Below are positions 1 through 6,952 of a stretch of 10,556 nucleotides of DNA, piece after piece. The notes beneath the pieces are model-generated. The model saw only the letters and a list, made by a program, of their open reading frames with translations. It searched no databases and was not told where the DNA came from. Both the position numbers and the translations under genes were made by a program. The stretch covers positions 1 to 10,556 of the forward strand of contig SDNY01000125.1 in the NCBI GenBank assembly GCA_004524535.1. Direction: 5' to 3'. The stretch is from Promethearchaeota archaeon (lineage in GTDB: Archaea; Asgardarchaeota; Lokiarchaeia; Sigyniarchaeales; SOKP01). Positions within the stretch are counted from its first letter, which is position 1. Every line of letters starts with the position of its first letter.

Positions 1-138
1 GTGCAAGTCTTTAGCAAAATTATTGAGAGCTGATAAAAATCCAGACATTAATTGATCCTTGTCTACTTCCCCAAAATCCACAATTGAATACTTATACAGT
101 AAAATACCCGCATCTTTGACTATAATATAAACTTCCAC
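1..138 (-). CDS. 5' part of a longin/roadblock-like domain protein (Asgard-type), running off the left edge; absent from the ORF track
   Basis: Minus frame from GTG at 138 is open to base 1: VEVYIIVKDAGILLYKYSIVDFGEVDKDQLMSGFLSALNNFAKDLH. The beta-beta (YII..GILLY) then helix (D.QLMSGFLSAL..FA) pattern matches longin-like domains common in Lokiarchaeia (recognition only). Confidence 0.75.
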   Translation of the reverse strand, partial: MEVYIIVKDAGILLYKYSIVDFGEVDKDQLMSGFLSALNNFAKDLH

Positions 139-154
139 AGGGTTGAAAAAATAT

Positions 155-1009
155 ATGAAACCACTACTGATATATATAATTTTAAATTTAATTTTACTTG
201 TTTTAGTGCTTATTGTAGGTACTGATCGGGAGGCAATAGGTCCAAACTGGATTAGATTTTCTCCAACCACTAACTCAGCCCATGATTTAATTTACATGTT
301 CATTATGATAACTATTTGTGCTATTATTGGGGGAGTTTTCGTTGGATATGTTTTAGGTCCATTATATCTCTATGCACATAAAAAGTTTATCGGACGGAAA
401 ATGATTTACGGTGTACAAGATAAAGAAAAACCAGAAAAATTCAAAAAATACTTTTTAAAGGGGTTGTTTCCTGCATTAATGGCGATAAATTTTGCTTTAA
501 TGTTTGCATTTACTTCATGGGTGCAGAGAATTGCAATAAATAACTCAATTGATGAAGAATCTGCTATGTTAACTCTTCTTGCATTATTAGCTTTAATGAC
601 GGGTATCTCTATGGGAATATTTTCATCAGTGTGGTTTTTGCTAGACGCTGGTATTGTTTATACTAACAAAGAAAAAGTAAAAGATTTAGCTCATCCAACT
701 GAAGTTAGGAGTGTAGGCGGTTGGTATAATTATCTATTGAAAGGTTATGCGGGAATTTCAGTTATTCTCTCTTTTTATGGTTTTTTCTGGTATATGTTTG
801 AAGTTATGGAAATTGCGAAAGGAGTTGAAGGTATGAATATTATGTTCATTGTATTTTATCCGACATTACCAATAGTTATCACGGTTCTATCTTTTCCAGC
901 TCTAATACTCTTAGATATAACGCACAACTATAGAAAAAAGTATATCTTAAAAATTGCTGAAAAAATTGGAATTTCTGGACCTTTGGCAGATCCACTTGAT
1001 ATTAGATAA
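155..1009 (+). CDS. Polytopic membrane protein of unknown function (about 6-7 TM)
   Basis: Long ORF with multiple hydrophobic segments and conserved-looking motifs WFLLDAGIV and VGGWYNYLLKGYAGI. ATG at 155 is preferred to the TTG at 143 in the ORF track; the start is uncertain. Confidence 0.8.
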   Translation: MKPLLIYIILNLILLVLVLIVGTDREAIGPNWIRFSPTTNSAHDLIYMFIMITICAIIGGVFVGYVLGPLYLYAHKKFIGRKMIYGVQDKEKPEKFKKYFLKGLFPALMAINFALMFAFTSWVQRIAINNSIDEESAMLTLLALLALMTGISMGIFSSVWFLLDAGIVYTNKEKVKDLAHPTEVRSVGGWYNYLLKGYAGISVILSFYGFFWYMFEVMEIAKGVEGMNIMFIVFYPTLPIVITVLSFPALILLDITHNYRKKYILKIAEKIGISGPLADPLDIR

Positions 1010-1014
1010 TTCTC

Positions 1015-1041
1015 TTTTTTTTTCTGTCTTTTTTTTTTTTT
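1015..1041 (+). terminator. Oligo-T tracts (T9 and T13), probable archaeal intrinsic terminator
   Basis: T9 at 1015-1023 and T13 at 1029-1041 lie directly after the TAA at 1009. Archaeal termination at U-rich tracts is established. Confidence 0.55.
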
Positions 1042-1086
1042 CAAAAAAACTCTAAAATCAACTTATTTTAACTGAAAAATCTTAAA

Positions 1087-1113
1087 TTTGATTTTTAAAA
1101 AGCTAAAATCAAA
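1087..1113. repeat. Perfect 9-bp inverted repeat with 9-nt spacer
   Basis: TTTGATTTT (1087-1095) and AAAATCAAA (1105-1113). AT-rich, so it could be chance. Confidence 0.35.
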
Positions 1114-1121
1114 CCAGAGAA

Positions 1122-1162
1122 ATGTCGGATCGTAAGTCCTGCCGTACCCCAGATTCTTGTCT
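1122..1162. mobile_element. Possible orphan IS-end remnant(s) in a short GC-rich patch
   Basis: ATGTCGGATCGTAAGTCCTG CCGTAC CCCAGATTCTTGTC stands out from the AT-rich flanks. The minus strand from 1141 reads CAGGACTTACG and the plus strand from 1148 reads CCCAGATTCT; both resemble IS terminal repeats from memory. No partner repeat or transposase was seen. Confidence 0.25.
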
Positions 1163-1277
1163 TTTAGAAATATAAAAATAATCTTAAAGAGTAATATCAA
1201 TAAAAATAAGTAACCCAGTCCTCTTTTTAAATGAAATTATTTTGAATCAAAAATCGAAAAATCTTATAGGACAAACC

Positions 1278-1508
1278 TTAAGATTCGAAATTTGAAACTC
1301 TTTTGTATTTTATCATTAATTTCTTTTGAGAAAAATGGCATTTTGAATTCATTTGACGAAATAAAATTGCAATTTTTTTATACAAAAATATAAAATCATC
1401 GTTTCGTTGATCATCTATTAAAATTTGCTTCTTGGAAATTTGAACGGAAATATAATCCTTAAGGTTTTGATATTGAATTTTGCCAGGGGAAAGATTTCAT
1501 CCCTCCAT
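1278..1508 (-). pseudogene. TGA-interrupted frame or gene remnant (77 codons)
   Basis: ATG at 1508: MEG*NLSPGKIQYQNLKDYISVQISKKQILIDDQRNDDFIFLYKKIAILFRQMNSKCHFSQKKLMIKYKRVSNFES-TAA. The only internal stop is TGA at 1497-1499. Confidence 0.4.
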
Positions 1509-1591
1509 TAGAAAAATCGGCAATAAATATAAGATATAGATTTTTTAGAAATAAAATTAAGAAAAAAGAATTTTTAAAATTTCCTTTCCTA

Positions 1592-1837
1592 TTAATAGTC
1601 TCAGCCGAAAATTCCCATGAAAATAACGTTTAATATTATCGCAACAGTAAAAAGGACTCATATTGCCAATTTCTTTTGCTTATCGTCTTTCAATCGAAGC
1701 ACTAAGATAACCGCTACGAGGAAATGAAAATAACCTATTAGAAATCTTGTTTATGAAGAAATTGTTTGAATTGTAATCATTAATCTGAAGGAATCTATTA
1801 AAACTAGTCAATTTTTAGATAAAAGTAAATTTTCCAT
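1592..1837 (-). pseudogene. Interrupted small membrane-protein frame (82 codons)
   Basis: ATG at 1837: MENLLLSKN*LVLIDSFRLMITIQTISS*TRFLIGYFHFLVAVILVLRLKDDKQKKLAI*VLFTVAIILNVIFMGIFG*DY then TAA TAG. Shows a TM / charged loop / TM pattern. Internal stops: TGA at 1808-1810, 1658-1660 and 1601-1603; TAA at 1751-1753. Confidence 0.55.
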
Positions 1838-1896
1838 CCTTATTTATCATAAAAACAAAAAGATTTTAGATCTCATATATAAAATTGTTGTAATTT

Positions 1897-2130
1897 TTAC
1901 TTAAAATTTCGATTAGATGATTCTACTAATTTTATTGCATTATGATTACAAATGGGAATACATTCACCACATCCATTACATTTAGTTTTATCTATTTCGA
2001 GTAATGCTGAATAGAGTCCTAAAAGTGGAGGGATCGCATCTGTCGGACAAATATCAATACATTCTCCACAGCCTAAGCATTTTTTAATATTTAAGACCGC
2101 AACATGTGAATTAATGGACGTGTCTGACAT
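1897..2130 (-). CDS. 2x[4Fe-4S] dicluster ferredoxin-type protein
   Basis: Two CxxCxxCxxxC motifs: CLGCGECIDICP and CNGCGECIPICNHNAI. Confidence 0.93.
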   Translation of the reverse strand: MSDTSINSHVAVLNIKKCLGCGECIDICPTDAIPPLLGLYSALLEIDKTKCNGCGECIPICNHNAIKLVESSNRNFK

Positions 2131-2292
2131 TATATCACAAATCTATTACTCATTTTTTATAATTATTAATATTTTATATCTTTTTAAATAACTTATAATA
2201 ATGGAAATTAGCTATTTTTTATTTTTTTCTTCACAAATTTTTTAAATTATACCATAATTGATTTTCACATACAAAGAATTTCAAAATTAAAG
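2131..2292. promoter_or_regulatory. Divergent promoter region (ferredoxin / hydrolase-transporter operon)
   Basis: Very AT-rich 162-bp gap between divergent starts, with several TATA-like hexamers (TTTATA, TTTAAA, TTATAA). Individual boxes cannot be assigned. Confidence 0.4.
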
Positions 2293-3357
2293 ATGAAAAC
2301 AGAAATAAGTGTAGATAAGGAGAAATTTCTCATAAACAATACCCCAACCTATGAAGGAAAGACCTATAAGAACTATAGTATAGAGGGGCTTTTATTTAAT
2401 TCTAGGATGATTCAAGCTATATTTGATGATGAATATCCTAAAACCAAGCATCTATGGAAATACCCTGATACTAATGAATGGGATCCAGAGCGAAATACAA
2501 TAGAGTTTTGTAAGATGCTACCTGTATATAGAAAATATGGTTTACTTGCTTTTACAGTAGGACTTCAAGGAGGAGGTTCAATTTATACACCGAAAATTTA
2601 TAATAAATATCTTAATAGTGCATTTACACCTGATGGCGAATTAAAAGAACCTTATTTCAATCGACTCTTAAAGATTCTTAAAGCTGCAGATGATGCAGGT
2701 ATGGTTGTTATAGTAAATTATTTCTATCTTAAGCAAGCAGAAAAACTTCAATCTGAGCAGGTTATATTCCAGATTACACAAAAAGTGACCGAATGGCTTC
2801 TAAACACAAGATATAATAACATTATAGTAGATGTTGTAAATGAAGCTGCACCTTATTGGATGGTACCGACCATGAAACCTGAAAATGTTCATAAACTTAT
2901 TGGTATTGTAAAGGATATCAAAATAGACGATAGAAGATTACTTGTTTCGGCTAGCTCTGGAGGAGGTCCTCTCATTCCCACAAGAAAGTGGTTAGAGATA
3001 GAAGATATCACGATGCCTCATGGAAATGGTTTAAATGCTCAAGGTTTAAGATTAAAAATTAAAAGAATTAGGAGAACTAATGAATATAAGAAACGCCCAA
3101 GACCCCTCTTAATTAATGAAGACAGCGTCTTTCTAGAAAATCTAGATGCTGCTATATCACAATATGCGTCTTGGGGATTTTATTGTCAAGGATATGGTTG
3201 TAATTATCAAGACCGATTTGATTGGAGAATTAAAAGTAGAGAAAAAGAATATGAAAATTTAAGTGGATACCAAACAGTTCCAATAAATTGGACTATTAAT
3301 ACTCCTTTAAAAAAGCAATTTTTTGATAGATTAAAACAAATTACGGGGGGATTCTAA
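2293..3357 (+). CDS. Putative glycoside hydrolase, clan GH-A / GH5-like TIM barrel
   Basis: Acid/base-like DVVNE, nucleophile-like RPLLINED, HGNG loop, and ILKAADDAGMVVIVNYFY helix-strand typical of GH5-like enzymes. No signal peptide apparent. Confidence 0.7.
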   Translation: MKTEISVDKEKFLINNTPTYEGKTYKNYSIEGLLFNSRMIQAIFDDEYPKTKHLWKYPDTNEWDPERNTIEFCKMLPVYRKYGLLAFTVGLQGGGSIYTPKIYNKYLNSAFTPDGELKEPYFNRLLKILKAADDAGMVVIVNYFYLKQAEKLQSEQVIFQITQKVTEWLLNTRYNNIIVDVVNEAAPYWMVPTMKPENVHKLIGIVKDIKIDDRRLLVSASSGGGPLIPTRKWLEIEDITMPHGNGLNAQGLRLKIKRIRRTNEYKKRPRPLLINEDSVFLENLDAAISQYASWGFYCQGYGCNYQDRFDWRIKSREKEYENLSGYQTVPINWTINTPLKKQFFDRLKQITGGF

Positions 3358-4256
3358 TTAATATATTTGATATTCTTTTTTCGGTTATTCTACCAATCTT
3401 TATTATAATAGGAATTGGTGTGATAATGGATAAAACATTTGAGCTGGATTTACCAACTCTTTCAAAATTGAATTTTTATGTGTTTGTACCAGCATTACTT
3501 TTTATTAAAATTTTATATGCAGATATTTCTCTTGAGCAAATGCTCAATATAATCCTTTTCAGTGTTTTACATTTTATATTGCTCTTGATTTTCTCATTTT
3601 TACTATTCTCTCTATCGTATTTTAAAGAAAATAGAAAGATACTTACTCTTGGCACTGTTTTAATAAATGTGGGTAATTATGGAATACCCGTTATATTATT
3701 TGCATTTGGAGACTCCTATATTGGTATTCTTGCTGTAATAATTATGGTTCAAAATTTATTTACTTTCACATTAGGTCCACTGATATTGCAAAGAGAGAAA
3801 AATTCTTTTAGGAATTATAGCAAAGAATTAATAAAAATACCCTCACTATATGCGATTGTTATTGGTTTTATTTTAAAAGGATTAAATGTTAAATTAATCC
3901 CTCAAATAGAAAATCCCCTAATAATCTTAGCCAACGGATTAATCTCGCTAGCATTAATAACTTTAGGAATTCAATTATCTCGTATTAAAATACAAAAGAA
4001 TCTTCCTCAGATATCAATTCTTTCAATCTTGCGCTTATCTATTTCCCCGCTTTTAGCTTTTATTTTGGTTATAATTTTTGGACTTTCAGGCATATTAGCA
4101 GCAATTTTAATAGTTGCAGCAGGATTTCCAACCGCTGTTAATACTTATATTCTATCATTAGAATATGAAAACGATTATGAATTAGCAAGTCAACTTATAT
4201 TTTGGACAACCCTCTTCAGTGCTGTATCTGTTTCTATTTTACTTTTAATCACATAA
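3357..4256 (+). CDS. AEC (auxin efflux carrier / Mem_trans) family transporter
   Basis: Motifs YVFVPALLF, NVGNYGIPV, LALITLGIQL, LRLSISP and PTAVN. The frame extends upstream of the ORF-track GTG (3420) with the family's TM1, INIFDILFSVILPIFIIIGIG, so the start is probably ATT at 3357. Confidence 0.88.
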   Translation: MNIFDILFSVILPIFIIIGIGVIMDKTFELDLPTLSKLNFYVFVPALLFIKILYADISLEQMLNIILFSVLHFILLLIFSFLLFSLSYFKENRKILTLGTVLINVGNYGIPVILFAFGDSYIGILAVIIMVQNLFTFTLGPLILQREKNSFRNYSKELIKIPSLYAIVIGFILKGLNVKLIPQIENPLIILANGLISLALITLGIQLSRIKIQKNLPQISILSILRLSISPLLAFILVIIFGLSGILAAILIVAAGFPTAVNTYILSLEYENDYELASQLIFWTTLFSAVSVSILLLIT

Positions 4257-4262
4257 GGTTGA

Positions 4263-4562
4263 ATGGAACATCCAAGAAAAATATGAATCTGAAAACTTTA
4301 TAAAAAGTTCAATATTCCTATAGAAAATATCGGTGCTGTTTTACAAAATATCGGTACTGTTTTACAAAATGATGACTTTATAAATGATTTAATAAAGAGT
4401 TTGTTTCATCAAGGTATTTTTGATCCAAAAATAATAGCATCAAAATTGGATTTCTTTTTTAAGAATAGTGAAGAAGTGATTGCTTATGTTGAAGATTTGA
4501 ATAAACCTTATTCCTATTCTAAAGTTGTTGCTTTCTTTAAAAGCGGACTCCTTAAGGAATAG
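4263..4562 (+). pseudogene. TGA-interrupted 100-codon frame of unknown family; absent from the ORF track
   Basis: ATG at 4263: MEHPRKI*I*KLYKKFNIPIENIGAVLQNIGTVLQNDDFINDLIKSLFHQGIFDPKIIASKLDFFFKNSEEVIAYVEDLNKPYSYSKVVAFFKSGLLKE-TAG. TGA at 4284-4286 and 4290-4292, followed by 89 sense codons. Confidence 0.65.
4324..4370 (+). repeat. 21-bp tandem duplication (2.2 copies), in frame
   Basis: AAAATATCGGTGCTGTTTTAC / AAAATATCGGTACTGTTTTAC / AAAAT, one mismatch; encodes NIGAVLQ-NIGTVLQ. Confidence 0.9.
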
Positions 4563-4621
4563 ATACATTTAAATTGGTTATTTAAGATTCATATATTAGA
4601 GAAAAGTATAAAATCTTTAGA

Positions 4622-5569
4622 ATGAAGAAATTTAGGATTAATAAATATATAACATTAAAATTAGAAGATGGAACTACTAATATTTATGTCAATAATGAAT
4701 ACTTCAATCAGTGCAAATACCTTTTATTAGACATTCCTCTCGAAAAAATTAGCTCTTTCGATGAAATTGATTCAATAGATGAAGCAGCTGAGAAATTAGA
4801 TAACTACTTAGAAAATGCTGATCCTTATGAATTTAGTATTCCTTCAGAAACAGAGTTCTGGGGTCACTGTTCAAATATGCAAGTATGGTATGAAAATAAT
4901 TATAATACCAGACTCCTTCATAGTAATTTAGCTTTTCCTTTGTTAAAAAAATTAACTGAAGCGGGAGATCCCTTGGCAATAAAGGTTTTTAAAAAAGAAA
5001 TTTTAAAAAGAATTGAAAGCGGTTCTAACAAAACAATCGAATATCTATTATCAGAAGGGTATCAAAAGTACTTTAACGACGATTATTATCATCTTATATT
5101 GGATGATGATGCTGATGTCTTATTAGCTTTAGAAGCTGAACTAGGAATTAAATTATATTATTCTGCTGATTCTTGCTTTGAAAAGAGCTTTATTGTTGAA
5201 AACAGAAGTGTTAAACAATTGAATTTAACATATTGTGAATTAAGATCAATTCCTTCTATTATAAGAAAGCTAAGTAATCTTAAAGCCATCTATCTCTACG
5301 GAAACGTATTGTGTAAATTACCTGATTGGATAGAAGATTTGATGGAGCTTGAATGGATAGATGTCAGTTCAAATTACATAGTATCTCTTCCCGAATCAAT
5401 TGGAAATTTGAAAAAACTATATCACTTTGATATAAGTTTTAATAGAATAGACAGGCTTCCAGAATCGATGAGTCAATTAAATAATCTTAAGACTTTAAAG
5501 TTGAAAGGTAATTTAATAAATTTTATACCAAAATCATTAAATAATATTAAACACCTTATAGTTAGTTAG
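4622..5569 (+). CDS. Leucine-rich-repeat protein with Lokiarchaeia-type N-terminal domain
   Basis: N-terminal motifs FRINKYITLKLE, FNQCKYLLL, IDSIDEA, EFWGHCSNMQVW and LLHSNLAFPLLKKL. About 5 C-terminal LRRs (e.g. LPESIGNLKKLYHFDISFNRI, LPESMSQLNNLKTLKLKGNLI). Confidence 0.92.
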   Translation: MKKFRINKYITLKLEDGTTNIYVNNEYFNQCKYLLLDIPLEKISSFDEIDSIDEAAEKLDNYLENADPYEFSIPSETEFWGHCSNMQVWYENNYNTRLLHSNLAFPLLKKLTEAGDPLAIKVFKKEILKRIESGSNKTIEYLLSEGYQKYFNDDYYHLILDDDADVLLALEAELGIKLYYSADSCFEKSFIVENRSVKQLNLTYCELRSIPSIIRKLSNLKAIYLYGNVLCKLPDWIEDLMELEWIDVSSNYIVSLPESIGNLKKLYHFDISFNRIDRLPESMSQLNNLKTLKLKGNLINFIPKSLNNIKHLIVS

Positions 5570-5777
5570 ATTTTAAGAATAATATCTTATCTACTTTTTG
5601 TAACATATAAATCTTCTATAATTTCCTTAAGATGATTGATTTTTAAGAGATATTAATCCAAACAATATTTTGAAAGGTATGAATCAAAGGAAAATATCGA
5701 ATTTTCATATCAAAATAGATCTTTCAAGGTGTTAATCAGCTTCGCGAAGCACGAAACTCAATTATTCATCAAGGTAG

Positions 5778-5799
5778 AAATTTGCCATATGGCTAATTT
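5778..5799. repeat. 22-bp near-perfect palindrome at the methyltransferase truncation point
   Basis: AAATT-T-GCCATATGGC-T-AATTT: perfect 10-bp core with one T/T mismatch. Confidence 0.7.
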
Positions 5800-5990
5800 T
5801 TGGTATTAAATCCTTCCTTAGAAAGAAGTTTTATATATCTTCCAGAACCACAACCTAAATCTAATATTCTCTTGATATTGTTTTCTTTAAACAGTTTTAA
5901 AATATGGGAAATGTCTTCTTGAATCACATGGTTCATTAATCCCTCTCTGTATATATTATCCCAAATTTCTTTACTGTTATGCTTAGACAT
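5793..5990 (-). pseudogene. N-terminal fragment of class I SAM-dependent methyltransferase
   Basis: W..IY leader and motif I RILDLGCGSGR, then LSKEGFNT; it stops before the beta2 acidic motif (GxD). Confidence 0.85.
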
Positions 5991-6020
5991 AAATCCAAAA
6001 TTTTAATATGATTATAAAAT

Positions 6021-6221
6021 CTAAATTACAAATTCATAATAAGAGGGCCCAACTTTTATCTTTTTCGTCAAACTATCTTTTTCTGATAAGAACTCCTCTA
6101 AATATTTATGTTGAATTAAGAGATTATATATGTTGTTTCTTAGTTCTTCTATTCCTTCTTTAATCTTTCGCTTTTTTATTTTTAGATTTCTATTATTGAT
6201 TCTATTCAGGACTTTTCTAGA
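6021..6221 (-). pseudogene. C-terminal fragment of a soluble Lys/Glu-rich protein, upstream of and co-oriented with the methyltransferase start
   Basis: Minus frame with no convincing start: SRKVLNRINNRNLKIKKRKIKEGIEELRNNIYNLLIQHKYLEEFLSEKDSLTKKIKVGPSYYEFVI-TAG (6021-6023). It ends 30 bp before the ATG at 5990. The left stop is exact; the right boundary is approximate. Confidence 0.6.
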
Positions 6222-6393
6222 AGAAGGAATTCTTTTCGGGATCAGAGATTTTGATTTTGGAGAAGAATTTGGAGAAGATTATACTTATGGTTTCTTTCTA
6301 TGGGGTTTAGGCCCTGGCTTCTATATTGCGATAGCAGCAGGGATTTTAGGCATAATTGGTGCGGCAATAATTTCGGATGAAGGTTTTTCCTAA
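6217..6393 (+). pseudogene. C-terminal fragment of a membrane protein
   Basis: LEEGILFGIRDFDFGEEFGEDYTYGFFLWGLGPGFYIAIAAGILGIIGAAIISDEGFS-TAA: a loop, a WGLGPGFY motif and a final TM helix. The first ~29 residues of the ORF-track 6130..6393 protein are antisense of the 6021-6221 fragment. Confidence 0.6.
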
Positions 6394-6398
6394 ACTAA

Positions 6399-6740
6399 AA
6401 GTTTTCTTATAATGATAATTTTTTCGATGGAATTATTAGTATCAGAGCGTTTTATCATGGAACCCTAAATGAGATTAGATATGGAATTACTGAATTAGAA
6501 AGGATATTAAAGGCCGGAAGACTAATCTATATAACACTTCGTAGGAAAGTATCAAAAGTGAGAAGACTTCCACACAAACATATTGCTCCGCATACTTATA
6601 CTCCCTCAGAAGGCAATGAAAAGGGCATAATTCATTATTTCTTTAATAATAGATTAATTAGAAAAGAATTTCACAACTTTAAATTGATTGAACTTACTAA
6701 AAATAAAGATTATTATTATCTACTAGGGGAATTAATATGA
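6399..6740 (+). pseudogene. C-terminal half of class I SAM-dependent methyltransferase
   Basis: Open from the TAA at 6396-6398: KFSYNDNFFDGIISIRAFYHGTLNEIRYGITELERILKAGRLIYITLRRKVSKVRRLPHK...YYYLLGELI-TGA. Contains the classic Y.D..FD.IIS....H and E..RILK.G..I.IT motifs. The ORF track shows only the last 60 aa. Confidence 0.85.
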
Positions 6741-6912
6741 AAAATGTAAGTGAAGCTTTCATAGAAGCCTTAAGACTGATATCTGGAGAATACCACATTC
6801 ATAAGATAAAGTGGATTCTTATTGGAAGTTGTAGCCTAGCATTGAATGGAGTAGATGTAAAACCTAACGATATTGACATCTTAACAGATGAAAAAGGAGC
6901 TTTAAAATCGAA
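6737..6912 (+). pseudogene. N-terminal fragment of Pol-beta-superfamily nucleotidyltransferase
   Basis: WILIGSCSLALNGVDVKPNDIDILTD carries the GS...DxD signature. The start overlaps the methyltransferase stop (ATGA). NTase-like character ends near residue 58; the boundary is approximate. Confidence 0.75.
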
Positions 6913-6952
6913 TAATATCAAATTGAAAATAAAGGCAAGAAAGTTGTGGTAT

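Noticed and set aside
1124-1151. tRNA 3' half / attachment site (…CCTGCCGTACCCCA)
   Set aside because: No TTCRA T-loop or complementary T-stem, and no cloverleaf can be formed.
4324-4370. CRISPR mini-array
   Set aside because: Units are directly adjacent with no spacers; a simple tandem duplication.
1278-4562. Selenocysteine explanation for the in-frame TGAs
   Set aside because: Lokiarchaeia do encode Sec, but these TGAs are not in redox or Cys-type motifs, the frames resemble no selenoprotein I know, and I could not identify a SECIS-like hairpin by eye.
4405-5776. 12-bp direct repeat TTCATCAAGGTA (4405-4416 and 5765-5776) flanking the LRR gene as a target-site duplication
   Set aside because: Matches of this length are expected by chance in 10 kb of AT-rich DNA, and the left copy lies mid-frame with no discontinuity.
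6130-6393. ORF-track 87-aa protein as a genuine gene
   Set aside because: Its first third (F/L/S/R-rich) is the antisense of a Lys/Glu-rich minus-strand fragment; only the C-terminal part looks truly coding.
5793-6404. Recombinase-driven invertible switch with inverted repeats
   Set aside because: Only a weak GAAGG.TTT similarity between ends, no recombinase in the window, and the methyltransferase middle section is missing, so re-inversion would not restore the gene.
6558-6740. ORF-track 60-aa protein as a stand-alone gene
   Set aside because: The frame extends 53 codons upstream with methyltransferase motifs, so the GTG is an internal Val.
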